Positions 9,739 through 18,218 of a stretch of DNA of 64,000 bases are shown here, one piece after another. Numbering within the stretch: position 1 is the first letter of the stretch; the number at the start of each line of letters is the position of its first letter. A program made the position numbers and the translations under genes. The notes beneath the pieces were generated by a model. The model was given only the letters and a program-made list of their open reading frames with translations, searched no databases and was not told where the DNA came from. The stretch comes from Eubacteriales bacterium (GTDB lineage: Bacteria > Bacillota > Clostridia > Oscillospirales > QAKW01). The stretch is from contig JAZQJA010000046.1 of assembly GCA_045541455.1 (NCBI GenBank), positions 1,180 through 65,179 on the forward strand, given 5' to 3'.

Positions 9739-10660
9739 TTAATCCCCCCTTAAACATTTGTGTGGATAGATAGCGTTCGCCGGTGTCGGCAAGTAAAGCA
9801 ACAATAACCTTACCTTTATTTTCACAGCGTTTTGCAACAGTTTTTGCAGCAAAAGCGGCAGCACCGGAACTAATGCCTACAAGCATTCCCGCATTTTTTG
9901 CAAGAAATCTACCCATTTCCAACGCAGACTCATTTTCAACAGTAATTATCTCATCATAAATCTCAGTGTCTAAAACCGATGGAACAAAGCCCGCACCTAT
10001 ACCTTGAATGGCATGCGCACCTGCATTATGCCCGGACAAAACAGCAGAAGATTTGGGCTCTACCGCAATTATTTTTATATCGGGATTTTTTTGTTTAAGG
10101 TATCTGCCGACACCTGTTATTGTACCGCCTGTTCCGACGCCCGCAATAAAAATATCGATTTTACCGTCCGTATCACGCCAAATTTCAGGACCGGTAGTTT
10201 TATAGTGTGCATTTGCATTTGCTTTGTTATCAAATTGGCTTGGTATAAAACTATTTTCTATTTCAGCGGCAAGTTGATTTGCTTTTTGAATAGCACCAGA
10301 CATACCGAGTTTTCCGTCAGTAAGCACAAGTTTTGCACCATACGCTTTTAACAGTGCACGACGCTCCTCGCTCATAGTGTCTGGCATTGTAAGTATAACA
10401 CTATATCCTAAAATTGATGCCGCCATTGCAAGACCTACACCTGTATTACCACTGGTAGGTTCAATGATGACAGACCCTTTTTTTAAATCACCCGATTTTT
10501 CTGCCTGCCGTATCATTTCAAGGGCGGCACGGTCTTTTGCACTGCCGGCGGGATTTTGTTTTTCAAGTTTTACACAAACAGTATTATTATTTTCAAAAGA
10601 GGCAACACGCACAAGCGGAGTATTGCCGATTATTTCAAGTATATTATCATAAATTTGCAT
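9725..10660 (-). CDS. cysK: Cysteine synthase A (O-acetylserine sulfhydrylase)
   Basis: [14 protein letters not shown]-lysine motif, GTGGTITG and SSGAA motifs. 311 aa. AGGAGTG RBS. Confidence 0.93.
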   Translation of the reverse strand: MQIYDNILEIIGNTPLVRVASFENNNTVCVKLEKQNPAGSAKDRAALEMIRQAEKSGDLKKGSVIIEPTSGNTGVGLAMAASILGYSVILTMPDTMSEERRALLKAYGAKLVLTDGKLGMSGAIQKANQLAAEIENSFIPSQFDNKANANAHYKTTGPEIWRDTDGKIDIFIAGVGTGGTITGVGRYLKQKNPDIKIIAVEPKSSAVLSGHNAGAHAIQGIGAGFVPSVLDTEIYDEIITVENESALEMGRFLAKNAGMLVGISSGAAAFAAKTVAKRCENKGKVIVALLADTGERYLSTQMFKGGLNDTV

Positions 10661-10681
10661 TAAAAATCACTCCTGAAAATT

Positions 10682-10710
10682 ATTTTATCACCTAAAAACC
10701 ACTATATCAA
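10682..10710 (-). promoter_or_regulatory. Putative sigma-A promoter of cysK-copA
   Basis: Minus strand reads TTGATA, 17 nt, TAAAAT. Confidence 0.45.
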
Positions 10711-10731
10711 CACTTTTTTTATATGAAACTA

Positions 10732-10760
10732 TTGAAAAAAGAATTCACTTGATTTATAAT
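10732..10760 (+). promoter_or_regulatory. Putative sigma-A promoter of the riboswitch-agcS transcript
   Basis: TTGAAA, 17 nt, TATAAT. Confidence 0.55.
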
Positions 10761-10774
10761 ATATACCGCTATGT

Positions 10775-10905
10775 GAAATCTGCAGGATGACTGTGGATGG
10801 ATTGGCACTTTGGAGAATCCTAATAACAAGTTTTATTGTTTAATTAGGTGCCGAAGGGGAAAGACGTGGTTTTTGCGTTAAACTCTCAGGCAAAAGGACA
10901 AAGAC
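10775..10905 (+). ncRNA. Glycine riboswitch (one complete aptamer at 10808-10903)
   Basis: CTTTGGAGAA...GGTGCCGAAGGGGAAAG...CTCTCAGGCAAAAGGACAAAG matches the conserved glycine-aptamer core. P1 pairs CTTTG with CAAAG. It sits upstream of an alanine/glycine:cation symporter gene. Confidence 0.85.
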
Positions 10906-10934
10906 GATATTTAAAATATTTGTTTGTTTTTTTG

Positions 10935-10965
10935 CCGAATTGAATTTTTCAGTTCGGTTTTTTTA
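10935..10965 (+). terminator. Riboswitch expression-platform terminator
   Basis: CCGAATTGA / TCAGTTCGG stem (one G-U pair), ATTTT loop, then TTTTTTT. It lies 23 nt before the agcS ATG. Confidence 0.7.
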
Positions 10966-10987
10966 TTTTATTTTTGGGGGAAAGAAT

Positions 10988-12523
10988 ATGGAAGTATTTT
11001 TAACAAAACTTGCCGAAATCAATGGTGTAATTAATGACTTTGTATGGGTCAAAATTGGACTTATACTGCTTATCGGTACAGGAATACTTATGACTGTGCT
11101 TACAAAGTTTTTTCAGTTATCACATTTCAAACTTTGGTGGAAACACACAATTGGCAGTATGTTTTCAAAAAAAGTCATAGGTCACACAAAAGAGAAGGGC
11201 GCTATTTCACCTTTTCAGGCATTATGTACTGCACTGGCTGCAACAATAGGTACAGGTAATATTGCCGGTGTTGCTGCTGCTATAACCATTGGCGGTGCAG
11301 GCGCTGTTTTCTGGATGTGGATTGCCGCTTTTTTTGGTATGATGACCAATTTTTCAGAAAATGTTTTGGGTATATATTACCGCAGACGTAATCACGACGG
11401 TGAGTGGTCAGGCGGCGCTATGTACTACCTTAAAGACGGCCTTGGCAGCAAAAAACACTGTGCCATTTTGGGCAGCGTGCTTGCTGTACTATTCTCAATA
11501 TTCACAATGCTTGCTTCTTTCGGTATCGGAAGTATGGGCCAGGTAAACAAAATTGTTGCAAACATTGCATCTGCTTTTGACATCAAAGCACTTTCATCAA
11601 TTGAGGTTATGAGCGGTGTATCGCTTTACAATGTTATTATCGGTGTTGTAATTATGATACTTACTGCGCTTATAGTTTTAGGCGGTCTTAAAAGAATTGC
11701 ATCTGTTGCAGAAAAAATAGTACCGATAATGGTAGTTTTATTTGTAACCGGAAGCATTATAGTAATCGCTATTAATTATCAAAATATTTTACCTGCTTTT
11801 AAAGCAATATTTGTAAACGCATTTAAGCCTGAAGCGTTTGTAGGCGGCGGTATTGGTGCTGTCATCAGTAAAGTTATAACGCAAGGCTTTAAACGCGGTG
11901 TATTTTCAAACGAGGCAGGCCTTGGTTCATCTGTTATGGTACACTCAAACTCCAATGTTAAAGAGCCTGTAAAACAAGGTATGTGGGGTATATTTGAAGT
12001 ATTTGCCGATACAATGGTTGTTTGCACAATGACAGCGCTTGTTGTACTCACATCGGGAGTATTTGATGTCACCACCGGAACAATGGCAGAAGGTCTTACA
12101 GACGCAACACTTGTTGCAGGTGCATTTAACAATGTGTTCTCTTGGGGTAACATCGGTTCTAAATTTATCGCCATCGCCATGTTCTTATTTGCCTTTACAA
12201 CAGTACTTGGCTGGTCACATTATGGTACAAAAGCGTGGGAATATCTGTTTGGAACCAAAACTACTGTCATATTTAAAATTATACATATCTGTACCATCAT
12301 CTTCGGTGCTATTATGACATCCTCACTTGCTTGGGATATTTCAGACACATTTAACGGACTTATGATGATTCCTAACCTTATAGGCGTTATAGTCCTCTGC
12401 CCGCTCGTTTATAAAATAACTAAAAACTTTGTAGACCGTAAGATAAAAGGTAAAGACGTACGACCTATGATTTCGTTTGACAAAGACATTGAAAACGATG
12501 CAATAGAAAATCTGGATGATTAA
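10988..12523 (+). CDS. agcS: Alanine/glycine:cation (sodium) symporter, AGCS family
   Basis: FQALCTALAATIGTGNIAGVA signature. Polytopic membrane protein. GGGGGA RBS before ATG 10988. The tracked start at 10940 lies inside the terminator. Confidence 0.92.
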   Translation: MEVFLTKLAEINGVINDFVWVKIGLILLIGTGILMTVLTKFFQLSHFKLWWKHTIGSMFSKKVIGHTKEKGAISPFQALCTALAATIGTGNIAGVAAAITIGGAGAVFWMWIAAFFGMMTNFSENVLGIYYRRRNHDGEWSGGAMYYLKDGLGSKKHCAILGSVLAVLFSIFTMLASFGIGSMGQVNKIVANIASAFDIKALSSIEVMSGVSLYNVIIGVVIMILTALIVLGGLKRIASVAEKIVPIMVVLFVTGSIIVIAINYQNILPAFKAIFVNAFKPEAFVGGGIGAVISKVITQGFKRGVFSNEAGLGSSVMVHSNSNVKEPVKQGMWGIFEVFADTMVVCTMTALVVLTSGVFDVTTGTMAEGLTDATLVAGAFNNVFSWGNIGSKFIAIAMFLFAFTTVLGWSHYGTKAWEYLFGTKTTVIFKIIHICTIIFGAIMTSSLAWDISDTFNGLMMIPNLIGVIVLCPLVYKITKNFVDRKIKGKDVRPMISFDKDIENDAIENLDD

Positions 12524-12525
12524 AA

Positions 12526-12562
12526 TAAAAAGGCTGTTTCTTAAAAGAAACAGCCTTTTTAT
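12526..12562. terminator. Bidirectional intrinsic terminator
   Basis: AAAAAGGCTGTTTC-TTAAAA-GAAACAGCCTTTTT. Confidence 0.85.
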
Positions 12563-12567
12563 TTGGT

Positions 12568-13317
12568 TTATTCGTAATCTACAACATCTATCCAGTGGAG
12601 TAAAAATTCGCGTTCTTCTTCGTTGCCCTTTGAAAGTTGTGAAGCTGCAACAATTGGAATCCACTTTTGAACATACTGCTTTGCAGTATCAGATTTTTTA
12701 CAGTAGGTCTCAAGATATTTATCGCCAATCTCATTCATACCTGCCAGATAGAAGAGAAGATAAGAGCGTGCAACATCGGCAGAAGCATTGCCCTGAGTTG
12801 CGTGTGCCCAGTCGATAACATACGGTTTGCCCTCGGGTGTAATAATAATGTTTGACGGGTTGAAATCACCATGACAAACTTTTTTATGCTTAGGCATAGC
12901 CTCAAGACGAGTATGAAGCTCGTATCTTGTTGTGGCATCTATTCCCGCCTCTGAAATTTTTCTTTGCATTTTATCTTTAAGTTTATTAAGAAGGGGTGCC
13001 TGTTTTGAATGAACAGTCATTTGTAAATCAACGAAAAGGTTTATATATTCGTCTATTTTATCAGGGTTTTCCTTCATTAATTGCTCAAGAGATTTACCCT
13101 CGATATAATCCGAAACTATTGCCCACTTGTTATCAAAAGTCATTACCTCGCGAACATGCGGAATATCAAGACCTGTTTCTTCAACACGGGACTGATTTAA
13201 GGCCTCATTTAAAACATTTGATTTTGGAATTTCTTCATTAAAAAGTTTAATAGTGTTATCACCGTCACGGTAAATTGTTTTATCAATACGTACTGCAACT
13301 ACATTATCAAGTTTCAT
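12568..13317 (-). CDS. Phosphotransferase enzyme family (APH/choline-kinase-like) protein
   Basis: Catalytic-loop HGDFNPSNIII and IDWAHATQGN motifs. TAATG overlap with the adhE stop. Confidence 0.8.
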   Translation of the reverse strand: MKLDNVVAVRIDKTIYRDGDNTIKLFNEEIPKSNVLNEALNQSRVEETGLDIPHVREVMTFDNKWAIVSDYIEGKSLEQLMKENPDKIDEYINLFVDLQMTVHSKQAPLLNKLKDKMQRKISEAGIDATTRYELHTRLEAMPKHKKVCHGDFNPSNIIITPEGKPYVIDWAHATQGNASADVARSYLLFYLAGMNEIGDKYLETYCKKSDTAKQYVQKWIPIVAASQLSKGNEEEREFLLHWIDVVDYE

Positions 13318-15923
13318 TATCTGTTACCTCCATAGTAAGCATTAAGATACATTTCTTTAAGCTCGCTCATAAGCGGATAACGGGGGTTTGCGCCTGTGCA
13401 CTGGTCATCAAATGCCTGCTCTACCATATCGTCAAGACGGTCAAGAAAATCTTTTTCGTCTATACCATAATCCTTGATTGTCTTTTTAATACCAACTTTC
13501 TCTTTGAGTTCATCGATATATTTAATAAGATTTTCAAGTTTTTGTGCGTCTGTTTTACCTTTTACGCCCAGATAATCTGCAACCTCAGCATAGCGCTTTA
13601 AAGTGTGAGGATATGCATACTGTGAGAAAGTGCCCATTTTAGTGGGAACTTCGGCAGCGTTAAAGCGAATTACCTCGTTAATCATAAGTGCGTTTGCAAC
13701 GCCATGGGGCAAATGATGAAATGCGCCAAGTTTATGCGCCATTGAGTGACAAATGCCAAGGAAAGCGTTTGCAAATGCCATACCTGCCATTGTTGCAGCG
13801 TTTGCCATTTTTTCTCTGGCTTCAATATCTGTAAGTCCGTTGTCATATGCACGGGGCAGATATTCAAACACCATTTTAAGTGAGCGAAGTGCAAGGCCAT
13901 CGGTATAGTCTGTTGCAAGCATTGAAGCATAAGCTTCGATTGCGTGGGTGACAGCATCAATACCCGATGCTGCGGTAAGTCCCTTAGGAGCCGACATGTG
14001 AAGGTCGGTATCAACTATAGCCATATCAGGCATAAGTTCATAGTCCGCAAGCGGATATTTAACGCCTGTTTGCTCATCTGTAATAACAGCAAACGGTGTT
14101 ACCTCTGAACCTGTACCTGCAGAAGTAGGAACTGCAATAAAATATGCTTTTTCTCCCATTTTAGGGAATGTGTATACTCTTTTACGGATATCAGAAAAGC
14201 GCATAGCCATATCCATAAAGTCTGCATCAGGATGCTCATAAAGAACCCACATTATTTTTGCAGCGTCCATTGCAGAACCGCCACCGAGCGCAATAATTAC
14301 ATCGGGAGCGAACGCCGACATTTGTTGTGCACCTTTTTTAGCACATGCAAGTGTGGGGTCGGGTTCAACATCAAAGAATGTCTGATGTGCTATACCCATT
14401 TCATCAAGTTTGTCTGTGATTACTTTTGAATAGCCGTTTTGATAAAGGAAATTATCTGTAACAACAAACGCTTTCTTTTTACCAAGCACAGTTTTAAGTT
14501 CATCTAAAGCCACGGGCAAACAGCCCTTTTTGATATATACCTTTTCGGGTGCTCTAAACCAAAGCATATTTTCTCTCCTCTCGGCGACTGTTTTAATATT
14601 TACAAGATGTTTTACACCGACATTTTCACTAACTGAGTTGCCGCCCCAAGAACCACAACCGAGAGTGAGTGAAGGTGCAAGTTTAAAGTTGTAAAGGTCA
14701 CCGATACCGCCCTGAGATGATGGAGTGTTTACAAGAATACGGCAAGTTTTCATTCTTGACGCAAAATCTGCAAGTTTTTCTTTTTCGGTAATTGTATTGA
14801 GATAAATTGAAGATGTATGTCCATAACCGCCATCGGCAATAAGTTGCTCTGCCTTTGCAAATGCATCATTAATATCTTCTGATTTATACATAGCAAGAAC
14901 GGGTGATAATTTCTCATGAGCAAATTCCTCTGACAAATCAACACTTGTTACCTCGCCGATGAGAACTTTTGTGGTTTCGGGTACTTCAACTCCTGCAAGT
15001 TTTGCAATTGTAACAGGTTTTTGACCTACAATTTTTGCATTAAGAGCACCATTGATAATAATTGTCTTTCTTATTTTTTCTGTTTCAGCTTCATTTAGAA
15101 AATAACAACCACGGTCGGCAAATTCTTTTTTGACAGCGTTATATATTGTTTTATCAACAATAACAGACTGTTCTGATGCACAAATCATACCGTTATCAAA
15201 TGTTTTTGAATGAATAATTGAGTTTACTGCAAGTGTAATATCTGCAGAAGCATCGATAATAGCAGGGGTGTTACCTGCACCAACACCGAGGGCGGGGGTT
15301 CCGCTTGAATAAGCCGCCTTTACCATGCCGGGACCGCCGGTTGCTAGAATGAGGTCAGATTCCTTCATTACAAGGTTAGTAAGTTCAAGGCTTGGAACAT
15401 CTATCCAGCGTATAATTCCCTCAGGGGCACCTGCTTTAACCGCTGCATCTAACACAATTTTTGCTGCCGCTATTGTTGATTTTTTTGCTCTGGGGTGTGG
15501 GCTGATGATAATTGCGTTACGGGTTTTGAGTGCTAACAAACACTTGAATATAGCAGTCGAAGTGGGGTTTGTGGTGGGAATTACGGCAGCAATAATGCCA
15601 ACCGGCTCTGCTATCTTTTTAATGCCGTAAGCCGCATCTTCTTCAATCACGCCGCAAGTTTTTGTATCTTTATATGCATTATAAATATACTCTGCAGCAT
15701 AATGGTTTTTAATAACCTTATCTTCAACAACACCCATACCGGTTTCTTCAACCGCCATTTTGGCAAGAGAAATTCTCGCTTTATTTGCAGCGCTTGCTGC
15801 TGCAAGAAAAATTTTATCAACTTGCTTTTGTGTGTAATTTGAAAACTTTTTCTGAGCAGACTTTATTTCAACAAACGCCTGCTCAAGTGTTTCCACACTT
15901 TCGACAATGTAATCCTTTGCCAT
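13317..15923 (-). CDS. adhE: Bifunctional acetaldehyde-CoA/alcohol dehydrogenase
   Basis: 868 aa. N-terminal ALDH domain (catalytic Cys in NGMICASEQS) plus a C-terminal iron-ADH domain (GGGSAMDAAK, His-rich metal site). Confidence 0.97.
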   Translation of the reverse strand: MAKDYIVESVETLEQAFVEIKSAQKKFSNYTQKQVDKIFLAAASAANKARISLAKMAVEETGMGVVEDKVIKNHYAAEYIYNAYKDTKTCGVIEEDAAYGIKKIAEPVGIIAAVIPTTNPTSTAIFKCLLALKTRNAIIISPHPRAKKSTIAAAKIVLDAAVKAGAPEGIIRWIDVPSLELTNLVMKESDLILATGGPGMVKAAYSSGTPALGVGAGNTPAIIDASADITLAVNSIIHSKTFDNGMICASEQSVIVDKTIYNAVKKEFADRGCYFLNEAETEKIRKTIIINGALNAKIVGQKPVTIAKLAGVEVPETTKVLIGEVTSVDLSEEFAHEKLSPVLAMYKSEDINDAFAKAEQLIADGGYGHTSSIYLNTITEKEKLADFASRMKTCRILVNTPSSQGGIGDLYNFKLAPSLTLGCGSWGGNSVSENVGVKHLVNIKTVAERRENMLWFRAPEKVYIKKGCLPVALDELKTVLGKKKAFVVTDNFLYQNGYSKVITDKLDEMGIAHQTFFDVEPDPTLACAKKGAQQMSAFAPDVIIALGGGSAMDAAKIMWVLYEHPDADFMDMAMRFSDIRKRVYTFPKMGEKAYFIAVPTSAGTGSEVTPFAVITDEQTGVKYPLADYELMPDMAIVDTDLHMSAPKGLTAASGIDAVTHAIEAYASMLATDYTDGLALRSLKMVFEYLPRAYDNGLTDIEAREKMANAATMAGMAFANAFLGICHSMAHKLGAFHHLPHGVANALMINEVIRFNAAEVPTKMGTFSQYAYPHTLKRYAEVADYLGVKGKTDAQKLENLIKYIDELKEKVGIKKTIKDYGIDEKDFLDRLDDMVEQAFDDQCTGANPRYPLMSELKEMYLNAYYGGNR

Positions 15924-15969
15924 AGTTTAAGTTACCTCCAAATTTATCTTGTATATTTTATTACTGATT

Positions 15970-16599
15970 TTAGTTTTTTGCCAGTTGGGATTTTAGGTGA
16001 TTGGAAAGTACGGCAAGTGATGATGCCATATTTTCATTTTGTACCAAAACACCGTAAGGTACAGCAAGATGAACGGGAGCAAAATTCCAAATGCCCAGAA
16101 TTCCGTTTTCTGTAAGTTTATCACACACTGACTGCGCAACAGCAGCAGGCACCGTGATAACTGCCATTTTAACATTTAAATTTTGAATAACCTCACTCAG
16201 TTTATCTATAGTAAAAATTCTTTTACCGTCTATCTCGCTTTCTTGTAAATCAAAAGCTGCAACTATTTTAAGGCCATACTGTTCAAAGCCTCTATAACTC
16301 AACAATGCCCTGCCCAAGTTTCCCACACCAACCAAAATTGCATCGTTAACATTATTTTGACCGATACAATCATAAAGTCCGCTTATAAGGTCACTGACAA
16401 GAAAACCTTTTTTAGGTACACCGCGGCTTTGACAAACAGCCGCCAAATCTTTTCTTACTTTAACCTCGTTAAGTTTCAACGCCTCAGCAATTGCTGACGA
16501 AGAAACATAACTGTCACTTGACATTTGGCTTGAAAGGATATAATTGAGATAATACGGTAACCGCCTCAGTGTTTGAGTGGAAATACCTTGTATTTTCAT
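15970..16599 (-). CDS. rex: Redox-sensing transcriptional repressor Rex
   Basis: RLPYYLNYL winged helix and a Rossmann GVGNLGRALL motif. AGAGGA RBS before ATG 16599. The tracked upstream extension was rejected. Confidence 0.92.
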   Translation of the reverse strand: MKIQGISTQTLRRLPYYLNYILSSQMSSDSYVSSSAIAEALKLNEVKVRKDLAAVCQSRGVPKKGFLVSDLISGLYDCIGQNNVNDAILVGVGNLGRALLSYRGFEQYGLKIVAAFDLQESEIDGKRIFTIDKLSEVIQNLNVKMAVITVPAAVAQSVCDKLTENGILGIWNFAPVHLAVPYGVLVQNENMASSLAVLSNHLKSQLAKN

Positions 16600-16652
16600 A
16601 TATCGTTCCTCTTTTATCGATATAATTTTATCTATTATAGCATGATGATATA

Positions 16653-16689
16653 AAAAAATCAACTATTACTTTAAAATAGTTGATTTTTT
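16653..16689 (-). terminator. Intrinsic terminator overlapping the MATE stop codon
   Basis: AAAAAATCAACTATT / AATAGTTGATTTTTT inverted repeat, followed on the minus strand by a T-run. Confidence 0.6.
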
Positions 16690-18027
16690 ATTAAGTTCGC
16701 TCATTACAGTTAAATACATTGTAACAAAGCAAGCGACACCGCCTATAAAGTTTGACAACGGTTCCGCCCAAAAAACACCGTTTACCCCAAGTGAAAATAA
16801 ATGCGGAAGCAGTAGTGTAAGCGGAACTACAATAAACACCTTGCGAAAAATTGAAAAGAATGTAGCTTTTGCCGATTTGCCGAGTGCCACAAAAACGCTT
16901 TGACCTGTAAACTGAAAGGACATAAAACAAAATCCAAAAAAATAAATATGCATAGCTGACGAACACATTTTAACAAGTTGGTCATTGTCGTTGAAAATAC
17001 GTATAAAGAATTCGGGGAAAACAGAAACAACAGCCCACATAAAGCAAGTATACACAACACATAGTAATGTAATAAATTTAATTGAATCTTTTACACGTTT
17101 ATACTCACCCGCGCCGTAATTGTAACTCATAACGGGAGAAGCACCGTGTGTAAGGCCCATTATAGGCATTGTGACAATTTCACGAACAGAATTTATAACC
17201 GTCATTATACTGATGTAAATATCACCATAGCCTTTTAAAACTGCATTACAAACCATTTGAACAAGGCTGTTTGAAAATGCCATAACAAAACCTGAAACAC
17301 CAAGCGACATTATCTTTTTTACACGGCTAAATTGTATTTTCATTGCAGAAAGCCGCAATTTTAAAACTGCCTTTTTACCTGTAAGAAATTTGACAACCCA
17401 CAAAGCTGACACCGTTTGTGAAATCACAGTAGCAAAAGCTGCACCGGATACCCCCATATTTAATGCAAAAATAAAAAGAGGGTCAAGTAAAATATTAAGA
17501 ACAGCACTGATTAAAATTGTAATCATGCCCATATTGCCAAAGCCTTGCGCATTAATAAATGGGTTTAGCCCCAAAGTTATCATAACACTCAGCGTACCAA
17601 CAAGGTAAATCAGCAAATATTTTGAAGCATACTGATACGTGACATCGCTTGCACCAAGCAGATATAAAAGCGGACGGTGAAAAATATAACCCAAAACAGT
17701 AAGTAAAACCCCTGTTATAAGAAGCATTGAAAAGGTATTTCCCATAATATACTCAGCTTCGTTTTTATCACCCTTGCCTTGAGCCATTGAACACAGCGGT
17801 GCACCGCCGTTACCAAATAAAAATGTAAACGCGGTAATAAGAGTGATTATTGGAAAACAGATTCCGACACCTGCAAACGCAATATCACCCACCCCTTCAA
17901 TACGTCCGATATATATTCTGTCTACAATGTTATACAGCAAATTCAAAAACTGTCCTACAGTCATAGGCAGGGCGAGTTCTAAAATATTTCGGTAGATATT
18001 ACCGTTTTTAAAGTTTGTTTTATACAT
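16666..18027 (-). CDS. MATE family efflux transporter
   Basis: 12-TM profile. N-terminus MYKTNFKNGNIYRNILELALPMTVGQFLN is typical of MATE. The start is set at Met25 of the tracked ORF. No clear SD sequence. Confidence 0.88.
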   Translation of the reverse strand: MYKTNFKNGNIYRNILELALPMTVGQFLNLLYNIVDRIYIGRIEGVGDIAFAGVGICFPIITLITAFTFLFGNGGAPLCSMAQGKGDKNEAEYIMGNTFSMLLITGVLLTVLGYIFHRPLLYLLGASDVTYQYASKYLLIYLVGTLSVMITLGLNPFINAQGFGNMGMITILISAVLNILLDPLFIFALNMGVSGAAFATVISQTVSALWVVKFLTGKKAVLKLRLSAMKIQFSRVKKIMSLGVSGFVMAFSNSLVQMVCNAVLKGYGDIYISIMTVINSVREIVTMPIMGLTHGASPVMSYNYGAGEYKRVKDSIKFITLLCVVYTCFMWAVVSVFPEFFIRIFNDNDQLVKMCSSAMHIYFFGFCFMSFQFTGQSVFVALGKSAKATFFSIFRKVFIVVPLTLLLPHLFSLGVNGVFWAEPLSNFIGGVACFVTMYLTVMSELNKKSTILK

Positions 18028-18037
18028 AATTAAAGTT

Positions 18038-18169
18038 TCACAAATACAGGCTGTCTTTTTTTGTAATAGCAATGCCGCGCAACCCTTTTTTAATGGCACT
18101 TAAGCACATTTCATCAATGGTGCTTCTGCCATCGTGTGAGTGAGTTGTATGAGTATGACTATCGTACAT
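18038..18169 (-). pseudogene. Relic 5' end of a histidinol-phosphatase/PHP-family gene (43 codons)
   Basis: TAGGAGAAG RBS then MYDSHTHTTHSHDGRSTIDEMCLSAIKKGLRGIAITKKDSLYL-stop. The HTHT..SHDG motif and GL..IAIT match the PHP N-terminus, but the expected DH after IAIT and the rest of the domain are missing. Confidence 0.5.
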
Positions 18170-18178
18170 AACTTCTCC

Positions 18179-18218
18179 TAATTCTAAAGCAGTGCAAAAA
18201 CGCACTGCTTTAGAATTA
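18179..18218 (-). other. 17-bp perfect hairpin overlapping the reductase stop codon (no U-tract on the minus strand)
   Basis: TAATTCTAAAGCAGTGC-AAAAAC-GCACTGCTTTAGAATTA. On the minus strand it is followed by GGAGAAG rather than a T-run, so terminator function is uncertain. Confidence 0.4.

Noticed and set aside
10940-10987. N-terminal extensions suggested by the track for agcS and for rex, MATE, the reductase, LCP, asnA, pnp, rpsO, glgC, yaiI and others
   Set aside because: The extensions start at non-ATG codons or cross terminators or RBSs. In each case an internal ATG with a proper SD matches the family's usual N-terminus.
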